Source: Asterionella formosa (taxonomy: Eukaryota). From it: a stretch of 50,072 bases of DNA. The notes under the pieces are model-generated. The model saw only the letters and a list, made by a program, of their open reading frames with translations, was not told where the DNA came from and did not search any database. Position numbers and translations under genes: made by a program. Position 1 is the first letter of the stretch; each line of letters opens with the position of its first letter. Location of the stretch: the NCBI GenBank assembly GCA_002256025.1, contig NKIB01013913.1, positions 1 through 50,072 of the forward strand, in the 5' to 3' direction. Below are positions 37,311 to 49,046 of this stretch, piece by piece.

Positions 37311-38855
37311 TAAAATAGACCTGAGGTTACTGCTAAGCTATAGATGACATGAAGTAAGAATCAAGGCTCTACAGTAATGCCATCAGGCAATCAACCTTCG
37401 CTGTTCTAGTGCTCTGGGTAAATAACTGTAACAAGCAGAGCAGGTACTCCCTCTGGGCGAAAACGATTGCGTCAATTCTTAAAATTTCTCCAGGGCCATT
37501 TGACTACTATAATTTTCTCCGGCTCAATTACCCTACTGTGCGCCATCCTAAAAGCTACAGACCTATGCAACATATATAAATGTATTTAATTTAAAATTGG
37601 CAACTACGTTTCACTTTTGGTTCTTTCGATTTTCTCTTTTGTCTATCTCGAGCAAAGTGAAGATGCCTGACCCCAAAGTTTTTGCCACAACTCAATCTTA
37701 AGCGTACAAGAAGGGATTCGAAAGTAGAAGAGCGTCAAATGATTCTCGATTATGCTTTACGGAACCTCAAACGAGGACCTGACGGAAGAGACGAAATAGG
37801 TGGTCGGCTTGTTTTGTTACCTAGAACCATTAAATTCTTGTCGCGTAGGTTAGACGTGTTGGGTTTTTTATTGCATTAACCATCTACAGTTGAACCACCC
37901 TGAACAACTTCATCCATCACCCAAAGTGGCCTTTGACCCAGGTAAGTTTGGGTTCTACGACAGTGTTTACAATCGGGCTCATGTCGATGAAAAAATGGTT
38001 TTATTTTCAGGAGGTTAAACAGCAATTCTACTTGGCTGAGGGAGAGAGGGGCCCCATTTGCAGGACAAAACAGAAGGATCATATAGAAAATATAATGATG
38101 AAGATGGAAACAAGACAGTATACATACAACATGACAATGCAACAAGCACTCATTTCAGAAGTGACTATGTTCCTTTTTAGATGCAGGTAGCTACTGTGGA
38201 TGGATGGGATATCAAGTTGACAGCACAACCAGCAAACTCATCTGACAAGAACATAAATGATCTTAGCTTTGTTTGGGCGCTTGCTTCAAAGTGTAAAGTG
38301 GGATTCAGTGGAGGAGGATAATCATGATATGGATGGGCTGGTGGAGGCAGTTATGGCAGCATATGAATCATTTGAACTGATGAAATTGAATTGTTTGTTT
38401 CATACTTTACAGGGAATTCTTAAGGAGGTGATTAACAGGCAGGGAGGCAAAAAATTATGTCATTCCGCATATGGGGAAAGCAGCACTGGAAAGACAAGGA
38501 ATACTACCCAGAACAACTAGAAGCAAGTGAGGAGGCAATTGAATTGGCAAGGAATTTCTTAGACAATTTCGATGAAGATGAGAATATGGAGTAGGGGATG
38601 GTTGGAATGTTGGTTGGTTTCTGGCGCTGTATGGCTGCATTAGATTCCAAACATTCCCCTGTCCTCCTTTGTATACCATTAATTATAAAGTGCACAGTCC
38701 ATAGTATCCACATAGCTACTTAGTATTTTAACATTGTTTATTTACAATAGAATGACATGAACTTGTTATGATTTAAAATTTAAGATTCTATAATTACTAT
38801 ACATACACATAAAGTTTAAAGGTTTGCTACTATAATTAATTATATTTCAACTAGA

Positions 38856-39290
38856 TTAACTATCATCAACTAGGAGTTCAGCTTCAGCCTTGACATCATC
38901 AAAAGTTTATCCTCAAATATTCATGCGCCTCTTTGCCAAAGGAGAAGAATTTTGTAGAAGCTCTGAAACTATGACACTCTGGCCAAAAAAAAGTTGAGAG
39001 TCCTACCCGAATTCCCAGAAATGTACCTGGAGAGGTATCCCATAACATACCAAGTTCCTGGAGCTTTTGCACTCTCCATTTTGACTTGAATAGCATATTC
39101 ATCTTCACCAGTGATCTCGTTGTGGATGTATACCAACACAAATAGGACCTTACTGTCAACAGTTACTGCACTTCCACATGAGTATTGGAACTTGCATATT
39201 CCACTTTTGTTTCAGGCACCTAGCCCAAGAATCTTTCCAGCTGGTTGTTCCCTCCCAACAAGCATGGTGCCTGGCAAATTGTTGCATCAA
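38856..39290 (-). pseudogene. Second ORF inside the mariner TIRs, HIRAN-like uncharacterised protein
   Basis: Hand translation: AGKILGLGA*NKSGICKFQYSCGSAVTVDSKVLFVLVYIHNEITGEDEYAIQVKMESAKAPGTWYVMGYLSRYI, then after a frameshift GQSVIVSELLQNSSPLAKRRMN. Confidence 0.5.
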
Positions 39291-39368
39291 GGAGTTGTCA
39301 TCCTTTTTATAAATTCCAGGAGTCAGGCAACTGTCATTTGTATATGTATTCATCCTCATATGCTATAG

Positions 39369-39527
39369 TCTATTTATATGCTAATAATTTAATTACAGAA
39401 ACAGGCAGAGTATATGTTCAAGTCTATGTACCTAATAAAAACGCATTTTTCGAGTAAGCCGACCTTCACGTAGAATATTAGTATGTTGTCAACGTTATCC
39501 GTCCTGAAAGGACGGATTGGGCACTAG
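39369..39527 (+). mobile_element. Probable short non-autonomous Helitron (3' end well defined)
   Basis: Hairpin atccgtcct-gaa-aggacggat (39497-39517), 6 nt, then CTAG (39524-39527) followed by T. Candidate 5' TCTAT at 39369 is uncertain. Confidence 0.5.
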
Positions 39528-40114
39528 TGGTGCCGGCGATTTGACGCAATTATTTTCGCACATGGGGAATATCTGGTTTAGTACTGGTACCTGGTTAACA
39601 ATGGTCGTTGGGTGCCTACCGGTATACCGGGCAACAATAAGTTACGTACTGTCCCTGGTACACCGTTCTCATCGTACCCACATGACAATAGGAATACCTG
39701 CCTTTTCCTATGGTGTATGGCAGCCATGAAATTGTATTACCGGGTACTCATTGTTGTTTGCATGATGTTGCCAGTAACCAGTAGTATCCTACAGGCACCT
39801 GCCTGGTCCCAGGGTACCTGGTGGGTACCAGGTACCACGGTACCCTGGTACTACCTGGCACCGTAGTATGGTACCAGGTACCCTGGTACTCCGCCTGATA
39901 TACCGGTATTCCGGTTTTGTTCATTTCCGGTAGAGGTCTATACCGGTACCAAAAGTATAGCTATGATAGAATGAAATTTATTTGGTCTTTAAGATAGGAC
40001 TGTGACGACTCTGGCACCATCGCGACCGTCATTCCTCTCCTTGTGATCCCCCTTCCTGTTCCTTCCTTCTCGTATCAGCTCATCTCATCCTCGTGAGTAA
40101 ATCCTCCCGTCGAT

Positions 40115-41404
40115 ATGAGTGAGATGCGCCGAGTGTCTTATTTTTACGACGCTGAAATCGGCAATTATCATTATGGCCAAGGACATCCAATGAAGCCTCA
40201 TCGCGTCCGCATGACACACAATCTCGTTGTCAACTATGGACTTTACCGCCGCATGGAGGTCTTTCGCCCGCGACTTGTCTCTCCTACTGCCATGACGCGA
40301 TTCCACAGCGACGACTACGTCAACTTTCTCAAGGTTATTACTCCCGATAACATGCAGGATTATCAACGACAGCTGGCCCGCTTCAACCTTGGAGAAGATT
40401 GTTCCGTCTTTGATGGTCTCTTTGAGTTTTGCCAGCTCTACACATCTGGTTCCATTGGGGGAGCCGCTCGCCTTAACGAAAATCGTGTCGACGTGGTCAT
40501 TAACTGGGCTGGAGGTCTTCACCACGCAAAGAAGGCCGAGGCTTCGGGCTTCTGTTACATTAATGATTGCGTTCTTGCCATCTTGGAACTATTGAAGAAG
40601 CACGAGCGGGTTCTGTATATTGATATAGACATTCACCATGGAGATGGTGTTGAAGAAGCGTTCTACACTACCAACCGCGTGATGACTGTTTCGTTTCACA
40701 AGTTCGGCGAATACTTCCCTGGCACTGGTGATGTCCACGATGTCGGCTATGCCGAAGGAAAGAACTACGCCATCAATTTCCCTCTCAATGATGGTATGGA
40801 CGACAAGTCCTATAGAAGCATCTTCCGACCTGTGATTGGTAAGGTCATGGAGGTATTTCAGCCTGGTGCTGTCGTTTTGCAGTGCGGCGCTGATAGTTTG
40901 TCGGGAGATCGGCTTGGTTGCTTCAATCTGTCAATTGCGGGCCACGCTGATTGCGTTGAATTTGTCAAAAGCTTTAACATTCCCATGCTAGTTCTTGGTG
41001 GAGGTGGATACACTCTCCGTAATGTTCCCAGGTGCTGGACTTACGAAACATCGGTGTTGACTGGGGATGATATCAAGGATGAGCTTCCATTCAATGACTA
41101 CTTTGAGTACTTTGGTCCAGACTATCGTTTGCATTTGCCAGTCAGTAACATGGAAAATCTTAATTCCCCAGAATACCTTGATAGGACCAAGATTCAATTG
41201 CTAGAAATTCTACGTGAAGTCGAACCAGTTCCAGGAGCACAAATCCAAACAGGTCAGGTCGAATCTCAGCTCAATCCTCGTGGTTATATCATGGAAACAG
41301 ATGACCCTGAACCAGGAGATGACGACGATAATCATGATCTTGACAATCGAGTAACGCAGAATGAGACAGGACGAAAAGATCATCCTGCCGAACTTGCATC
41401 GTAG
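40115..41404 (+). CDS. HDAC1: Class I histone deacetylase (RPD3/HDAC1-like)
   Basis: [54 protein letters not shown] and GGGGYT are all intact; 429 aa, intronless. Confidence 0.98.
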   Translation: MSEMRRVSYFYDAEIGNYHYGQGHPMKPHRVRMTHNLVVNYGLYRRMEVFRPRLVSPTAMTRFHSDDYVNFLKVITPDNMQDYQRQLARFNLGEDCSVFDGLFEFCQLYTSGSIGGAARLNENRVDVVINWAGGLHHAKKAEASGFCYINDCVLAILELLKKHERVLYIDIDIHHGDGVEEAFYTTNRVMTVSFHKFGEYFPGTGDVHDVGYAEGKNYAINFPLNDGMDDKSYRSIFRPVIGKVMEVFQPGAVVLQCGADSLSGDRLGCFNLSIAGHADCVEFVKSFNIPMLVLGGGGYTLRNVPRCWTYETSVLTGDDIKDELPFNDYFEYFGPDYRLHLPVSNMENLNSPEYLDRTKIQLLEILREVEPVPGAQIQTGQVESQLNPRGYIMETDDPEPGDDDDNHDLDNRVTQNETGRKDHPAELAS

Positions 41405-43257
41405 ATATGCTACCGTGGATCTATGGTTGCATGTGAGTTGAGAAGTTGTATCCAGTGGGGAGTGATGAGCTTCTAACAATTTGGTCGGGGAATGAGGTAC
41501 CGCTTTATACTTAGTCTCGATTAGTATGAGTGCCATCCAGCATTGTTTCTGCATGCATCTGTAGGAGTCTCTACTTGTTAATGTGTGTTCATGTCTACGG
41601 GCTTTGTCCACTTGCTTGTTTGCTACCAAATAGCAAATTTTAGGTTCACATAGAAAACACAAGGTCAATCAATGAAGATTTTGAATGTGGAGATGTGTGA
41701 GAGCATGTTGAGAGTTTCTGCAATCCTAGTGCCATTTGAGGGTTTCTCAGGAAGCTAATATCCATACAACTATGGATTATTGCAGCCTGATCATATGAAA
41801 TAATCTTGGCACCAAACAAGATTATAGCTAGGTACATTTTACTCTATCAGACACTAGCCAGTATCCTACCTAGAACAGCATAATGACATTGCTGTTGGGC
41901 TCATGAGGACAGAGAATGGAATGTCATTACAAGAAATCACATCTCTAAAGAAAATATAGCAAAGCTAAGATTTGTGGACTTGAGATCATTTTTCCATATG
42001 AGCGTCAAATTGTAATAAATCAAAGTCACTAACTTGTTTATGCATCTTTTTAGTCTGTCTGTCACAGATTACCTCTACCATAGTTCATGTGTGCTAATCT
42101 ATCACTCCATAGACTGTAACTTTACTCTAATCACTCGTTTAACATTCCCCTTTCCAAAATCCTATTGAGCCTTTCATGTTCATGAATTGATACAATCCCG
42201 CCTCTTCTTTACTTTTTTTAGTACAAAGCCTATGTCAGCAGTCAATTGCGCTGTTCCTGACCCTCTCCTCATTCACCATGTCCGATTCGGACACTGCCGC
42301 TCCCTCCGCCGGCGAAGCCTCTTCCACCCTTCTTACCTCTCAACTTGCTCCGCTAGACCTGCTGGTCCCTCCACAGCAAGAATCAGCCAAATCCGATCGC
42401 CATTTCGCTGAAGAGAAATCTCATTTCACCTACTATGCATACTTCTCAGAGCGCTTTCTTCAAGCTAACTTGTCCTAATCCTCCTGCCATAAACTTCGCC
42501 TCCCTCGCCCTTATAATTCTCCCATATTCAGCACCTGGAAGACCCTCAAACCCTTTGGGAATCCCAATCAAGCAATTGTTCCTGTCGCTGTCATCCACAC
42601 TCTTTGCAATCAGTCAGTCTGTCTGCAAATAAAAAGTATCATACTTATAACAAGATCAGGGGTATTGTACGATAACTGGCCTAGAATTTTTCTCTGCATG
42701 ATACACATTTCATTATTTGTGTGATAGGTACATGACATAAATATGAATACTTGATCACGTTTATAAGGTCTACGCTTCTTATATGTTGCTACTACTTTGC
42801 CTGTCTAGAAATTTATTGGTTGTTCAAAGCAATCTCGAGAAAAAATGTGTAACTTGTGCACCAGTCATCTTCTTGCTCCGGTGTCGTGATCACATGCACA
42901 TGCATAAATGAGATTTCCATTTAGATCAGTACCAGACACAAGCTTCACCTGGGCCTGATCCTTGGATTTCCTCCCCTCAACCACGACGCTCCTCAAAGCT
43001 AAACCCCACCAGTGCACAATTCCATGATCTCCACACTCAGCTTGGTTCAAAATTTGAATACTGGTGTTGGTACCATCTATTAGTGGGCATATGTACAACA
43101 AAATAAAACTTATACCAGTAAAAGAAATGCATATGCAGGTTGTCCTGATTGTTCTAGCCTAGTCGCATAAAGGACAAGCAGGGTAAACAGTGGAATATGA
43201 AAATTTTAGAGTACGCTTTTATTGAAACTCGGATCTAATGGAGTTTGTGGAGTTGCA

Positions 43258-43302
43258 CTAGGGCCCAAATGCGCCCCAAAGGAATGATGAGTGAGGGCGA
43301 AC
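43258..43302 (-). mobile_element. Possible Helitron 3' terminus
   Basis: Minus strand reads cgccctc...ggggcg-catttgggcc-CTAG-T. The terminal ttgggccctagt resembles ttgggcactagt at 39517-39528. Confidence 0.35.
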
Positions 43303-44289
43303 GGCTGTGGGCTGTGTACCAGAGTTGTATAAATAATAGAGGGTAAGTAACCCAGTAACCAGTAACCTGGAAATTTAAATGTTGCGTTAGGAAAAAATTA
43401 CAAGCAGGGTAAACATATATGTCTGCATTTGCGTCTAATAAGATTCCATAGAAACATTAACCATGACATTTAGTACTACATAAATGCATGACATTCAGTA
43501 CAAAACTAAACATCTAGGTATTTTCTTGCATTTTGAGATGTTGTTGTGCCCTTTCCAAGATTTCCAGTATTGCTCAGTTTTCTCGTCTATATTTGTACAG
43601 AAGAAGATAGAAATAATTTTCTAATAGAAGTTATCCAGCTAGTCAACGCGTCCTAAACAATGTCTCGCTAGTGTTCGTATCCTCAAAACTAAGAAAACGA
43701 TGATGAAAACAAAATTCTAGTGGCAAATTCAAATTTGTTGTCAATATCAAATCAAAACTTTTTTAATTTTGAACGATTATCTTTTCTTTGTTAGGCAAGA
43801 TATACCTGCGAAATAGGAATGGTTTATTGACAATTTTTCGTGGAGTGATTCAGTCCAATATCTTCGTCATGGTCAAGACGGAGTTGCTGTGGTCTCATCA
43901 TCCACTTACTACGACAGCATCCGGACAAATCAAATTTACTTGTGTATGAGAAGTCCTACACATGGATATGAAACCATGAAAAGGTTGCGATTGACAACAT
44001 ACCGGTACCAGTACCTGGAAGGTCCGGTAGCGCACGTTTTATGGGCACTTTTTTTAGTTTCGACTCACTTCCAATGATTTGTCCCATGACTACCGGTACT
44101 GGAAGGGTAAGGCTGGCTTTCCATTCCAAACTCTCTTCAGTAACTTTCTATTTCGTTAAATTATCATTCGCTCAGTAAACCCAAGTCGTCTTCTGATCAT
44201 CAAAATCGTGTTCAAATACTTCTACAGGTGATAGTATTCATGACCTGGAAGACGGTTTGGTTCTAGAGTTCACAAATGGCTCAGTAACT

Positions 44290-44440
44290 TGTTCTAGTTG
44301 TAATCAACAGATTCTTCTCGTAGTTAGCAAATTCTATTCATAGTCAGAAATTTCTTGTCGTAGTCTGCAATTTCTAGTCGTTGTCAGCAAGGAGTTCTAG
44401 TCGTGGTCAGCAAATTTCTAGTCATATGTAGTCAGCAACT
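44290..44440 (+). repeat. ~21 bp minisatellite (ttctagtcgtwgtcagcaaat), ~7 copies, echoed at 45170-45210; probably LTR-internal
   Basis: Units include tctagtcgttgtcagcaa, tctagtcgtggtcagcaaa and tcttgtcgtagtctgcaa; cctagtcgttgacagcaaattcta at ~45175. Confidence 0.75.
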
Positions 44441-45317
44441 GGATCAGTACTCGTAAGCAAAGAGTCATTTTGAAAATGTCAATGGACTGTCAGTAATTGA
44501 TATATTGTTAATTAAAGAATCGAACAAAATTTGGTTCGACCCACAGATTACTGTAGCGTTGTGTATTGCATGCTGCGAAAGTGTTAAATCTCGGTCTTTC
44601 GTAACTTTCTTTGTCATTTTGGATTGTAAATCGTCTAAACCACATGAAGCAACGCACCATCGGCGCCTTCAATTTTCGTTGTTAAAATTAGTGTTATTTC
44701 AATAATTTTTTGACAATTTTATTGTCTATGTTGTGTTAGATAAATGTACCCAACAGCAAGGCATCATTCTCATTTTTCGTGATGCAGGATTCTCCAGCCG
44801 CTCAATTAATATACATAGAAAAATATCGCAACATCTGTTCTAAATAATTATATACTAGCGTCTACAAGGGCTACCTTGGGTACCCTGAGCAAACAGTATA
44901 TCCTATGTCAATGAGCCATGATATTTATGTGATCTGTATGATGTTTGTATATATGTTGGTACCTTGCACGCTGTTGCATCAGGCGTGATAATGACTGTTA
45001 CTTTGTCTATAGATACTATAACGTTGCATATGTTCGAACATAGCTAGCAGTATTAGCATGGCTATTAGGGGTATATAGTACATAGTTGTGAATGCTCATG
45101 TATATACCGGTTTTTCATTTGCATTAGGGTCATTCAGAAAATCTATTTGTATTTGCTCTCAAGTTCAGTCGTTCCTAGTCGTTGACAGCAAATTCTATTA
45201 GTCAGCAAGTTTTAAACATAGACGGTTTGCTGAAGGTGTTGATCAGGCAGCAAATCCGAGTCATGTTCAGAGTTTGATACTGCAAATCGGCATTGGTCAA
45301 TAAGAGTAACGTTTTCG

Positions 45318-48300
45318 GCTGAATGGGCGGGCCGTCCGCACATTTAACAACCACTTCATCGCTGGACTCAGCGGTGCTGATCCCGACATTCCCCTACACC
45401 TCTGGGACCGTCTTCTTCCACAAGCCGTCCTTACTTTGAACCTACTCCGTGCCTCTAGAATTAATCTCCGACTCTCCGCCCAGGCTCAGCTCCATGGCGC
45501 ATTCGACTTTAATCGCACGCCCCTTGCTCCCGCAGGCACCCGCGTCATGATTCATGAAAATTGCTCCGTGCGAGGTACTTGGCTGGGCACCACATGCAGT
45601 CCACGGATGGTACTTGGGTCCAGCAATGCATCATTATCGGTGCTACAAGGTGTATGTCAAAGAAACAGCTGCTGAACGCAGTGCCAACACTCTTGCCTGG
45701 TTTCCACAGCATGTTTCCATGCCATGCCCGTACAGTCTAGCGCTGACGATGCCATGGCAGCAGCCCAAGCTCTCATCCATGCCCTACTTTACCCAGCAGC
45801 ACATGCCACGCCCATCGCCACCATCAAAAACCAACAACGCAACGCCCTCACACAACTAGCACACATCTTTGCCAACGTGACCTCTCCCAGCCTGTCACCC
45901 CAAGTTCTTCCACTTCAACTTCCACCAAACAACGCGGCCCCACTTGCGAGGGTGGACACACCCCTGACACATGCCCAAAAGCTGCCGCCGCTCCCCACTG
46001 CACCCCGCCTGCCGCTTGCCCCAGGACCGCCACCACTGCCCCTCCTGCCTGGCTCCACAAAATGTTTTCCCTGCGCCCACAACGCCACCGCCAACACTGC
46101 CGTTGCCGCCACCAACCGCCCATCCGGCCCCGAAGGCTGCCCCATGTCCGAGGGTGGCGCCTCCGATACCAACAGTCACATCCTCACGAGCACCACCAAC
46201 CTATGCCACTGCTGTCACGGGCAATGCCAGGCGCCGCCGTCGCCTCGCCACCAAAGCATCACAGCTCCCACCCGTCTTTCCTCCTCCACAGCACCTCCCC
46301 ACCACATGCCAACACGCTTCCCAACGCCGCTCCCAAGGTCCGACCCCTGGCACCACCCACTTCGCTGCCATGTGCTCAGCCTTTGCCACCAACAACAGTC
46401 CTCTCCCCATCACAGCTCCGCCGTGTGAACCCCACAAGGCAGGCGGTTATTCCCCCTCTGCCCATGCAATCATAGATCCCACATCAGGCGCCGCCCAGTC
46501 GTACCGCCAACTTCGCGAAGACAAGGTCCTGATGGAGCCGACTGGATCCAGAGTGCAGCTAATGAGATTGGCCGCTTGGCTCAGGGCGTCTTACCACACA
46601 TGCCCAGTGGCACCAACACCATACATTTCATCAGGCACACCGACATCCCCGCCAACCGACGAGTAACCTACTTGCGCATTGTTGCTGAACTCCGCCCACT
46701 CAAAGCCGAAACCAAACGCTTGCGATTCACGGTAGGCGGTAACCAAATTGAATTCCCTGGTAAAGTCAGCACCCCCACAGCCAACCTCACCACCGTCAAA
46801 CTCATGTTGAACAGTGTGCTCTCCACGACCCAGGCCAAATTTGTGACCGCTGACATCGCCAATTTTTACCTCAATAATCCAATGGCGCGATTTGAATACA
46901 TGCGCATTCCCATTCATGACATTCCGCCCTCCATCATGTCACAATACAATCTGCTCCCCCTTGTCCATAATGGCAACATTATGGTCGAAATCCGCAAGGG
47001 CATGTACGGGTTGCCACAGGCCGGGATTATTGCCAACACACGCCTTGTCAAGCACCTTGCCACCCATGGCTATCATCCTGTTGCTAACACCGCCAGCCTC
47101 TTCACACATGCCTACCAACCCATCACGTTCTGCCTCACCGTTGACGACTTTGGCATCAAGTATGTCGACACCGCCAACATAAACCATCTTTTCCAGGCCC
47201 TCCGCGAACTCTACACTATCACCACTGACCTGTCTGGCACCAAGTACTGTGGCCTCACCCTCCACTGGGACTACACTGCCTGTACCTGTGACATCTCGCT
47301 CCATGCCTGGATACATCGCCAAGGCTCTGCTCCGCTTCAAACACGTCATGGCCACACGCCTGGCAGCGCCCCCTCTATGGGGCACCGATGCAACTCATGG
47401 TCATGGCTCCTCGCAATGACTCCGCCCTTCTAGATGCCGCCAGCGTCCGGCGCATCCAAGAAGTCATTGGTGTCCTTCTGTACTATGCCCGAGCAGTGGA
47501 CAACACCCTCCTTGTCGCCCTTGGCTCCCTCGCCTCAGCTCCCCACTCCGAAAACACCGCAGAGGCCATCGTTCACCTCCTCAACTACTGTGCCACCCAT
47601 CCCGATGCCATTGTCCGCTTCCACGCCAGTGACATCATGGTGCTCCTTGTCCATTCCGACGCCTCCTACCTCTCCGAGGCCAACGCACGCAGTCGCTCTG
47701 GGGGCGGGCTACTTTTCCTTAGCGACCGCCCAATCAATCCTGACATCATTCCCCCCCCCCCCCCACCTAGCTAACAGCCGGCCAACACCCATCAATGGTC
47801 CTGTGCATGTACCCAGTAGTATCATGCAGGTTGTCCTTTCCTCTGCCACCGTAGCGGAAATGGGCGCACTCTTCTATAACGCCAAGGATGCCGCCTGGCT
47901 GCACACCACACTCCATGATCTAGGCTATCCACAGCCGCCTACACCAATCCAAAGAACCGACAATGCCTGTGCCGCTGGCATCGTCAACCACACCGTCAAA
48001 CAGCGCTGGTCCAAAGCCATTGACATGCGATTCTATTGGGTATGCAACAGGGTGCAGCAAAAGCAATTCATCGTCCACTGGCGACCAGGCTCTGACAATT
48101 TAGCCGACTACTTCACTAAGCATCACTCACCATCGCACCATCGCTGCATGCGTGACCAATATTTGCTTCCTCCTCCTGGTGCCCCCACTCCATCCACACC
48201 GCCCAGGCCAACACCTGCAGTTCCCCTGGCTGGGTGCACATTTTCACCGGTGGGTGCAGCTTCTGCTCACCATTCTGCTCTGTCATACATGGGGAGGGTG

Positions 48301-48558
48301 TGCGTGTTGAGAACCCCAACTGTTTCCTACAGGTTTCCCGACTTATTGACCCAGCATGATGTCACTCCAATGACCACTCAGCCCAAAGCAACACCTGTCT
48401 TTAAACCACTCATACATTATCAGTTCATCGATTACCATTATAGTTAGTAGCTTAATGAGTTCTCCAATAATTTAACCTCTCTAATATGTCACTACGGTAG
48501 TTGGTGATCACACAGACGATTAGAAAGAGTGAATTGATGATGTTTTCTATACTCTCAA
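45318..48558 (+). mobile_element. Ty1/Copia (CoDi-like) retrotransposon, 5'-truncated in the integrase and frameshifted, with PPT and 3' LTR
   Basis: RTFNNHFIAGL, LWDRLLPQA..TLNLLR, RLRFTVGG, KGMYGLPQAG, LTVDDFG, LLYYARAVD, HSDASYLSE, KAIDMRFYW, NLADYFTKHH in INT-RT-RH order. GGGGAGGGTG PPT at 48291-48300; LTR end approximate. Confidence 0.93.
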
Positions 48559-48569
48559 ACGCCTGTCGG

Positions 48570-48727
48570 TCCTGCGTCACATTATCAATTTCAGAAAAAT
48601 GGCCGCAACTTGCTGCTACCAGGTCCCGAAACACGGCCAACTTGGGTTGCTTTTTACAAGTGGGAATCATGATGTTTGTACCAGCAAGTTGCGGTCATTT
48701 TGCTTAAACTGACATTTTAATCTGGGA
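48570..48727. mobile_element. MITE, ~158 bp, with ~46 bp TIRs
   Basis: 48570-48615 vs the reverse complement of 48682-48727 match at 34/46, including aaaatg.ccgcaacttgctg. Extra arm copies at 19775 and ~48750. Confidence 0.75.
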
Positions 48728-48825
48728 TAAAAATAGCTAAATCTTTAGCTTCAGCAAAATTACCGGAACTTGCACAGGTGCCAGGGTGCCAGGAGTCTAC
48801 CCGGTTTTACTATCCCGGTACCAGG

Positions 48826-49020
48826 TGAAGTATCTAACTAGAAGTAGTAGTATTTGTTGAATATATGAGCTTATTAATTAATCCTTATGTATAACTCATT
48901 TCCTGAACTGACATCAAAGTATAGAATGGGTGTTAGTCGAGTTCTCTCATTATTGAATTCCGATATATTTGACATAACCCCAACTCTATATATATCTGTA
49001 TCGATGTGCAGGATTGCTCA
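48826..49020 (-). mobile_element. Gypsy 3' LTR (195 bp)
   Basis: On the minus strand the integrase stop is followed by PPT-like GTGTGGGAGAG, then TGAG...CTTCA. Confidence 0.75.
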
Positions 49021-49046
49021 CTCTCCCACACTTGAGGGAAAACCTT

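Larger units (their letters stand above)
37447..39569 (+). mobile_element. Mariner-like (plant/oomycete DD39D-type) DNA transposon with both TIRs and TA TSDs; transposase degenerate and internally deleted
   Basis: TA|ctccctctgggcgaaaacgattgcgtcaa ... ttgacgcaattattttcgcacatggggaa|TA (29-bp TIRs, 23/29 match). Transposase pieces at 37663-38594: HVDEKWFY, IQHDNA, GWDIKLTAQPANS.D.NINDL, IPHMGK. Confidence 0.88.

Noticed and set aside
40085..40525. 146-aa antisense ORF over HDAC, and similar shadow ORFs over DHPS, S1 and Copia
   Set aside because: Antisense shadows of real coding sequence with no independent motifs.
42278..42632. C-rich short ORFs resembling the start of a gag-like gene
   Set aside because: Interrupted by a stop, with no PBS or recognisable domain.
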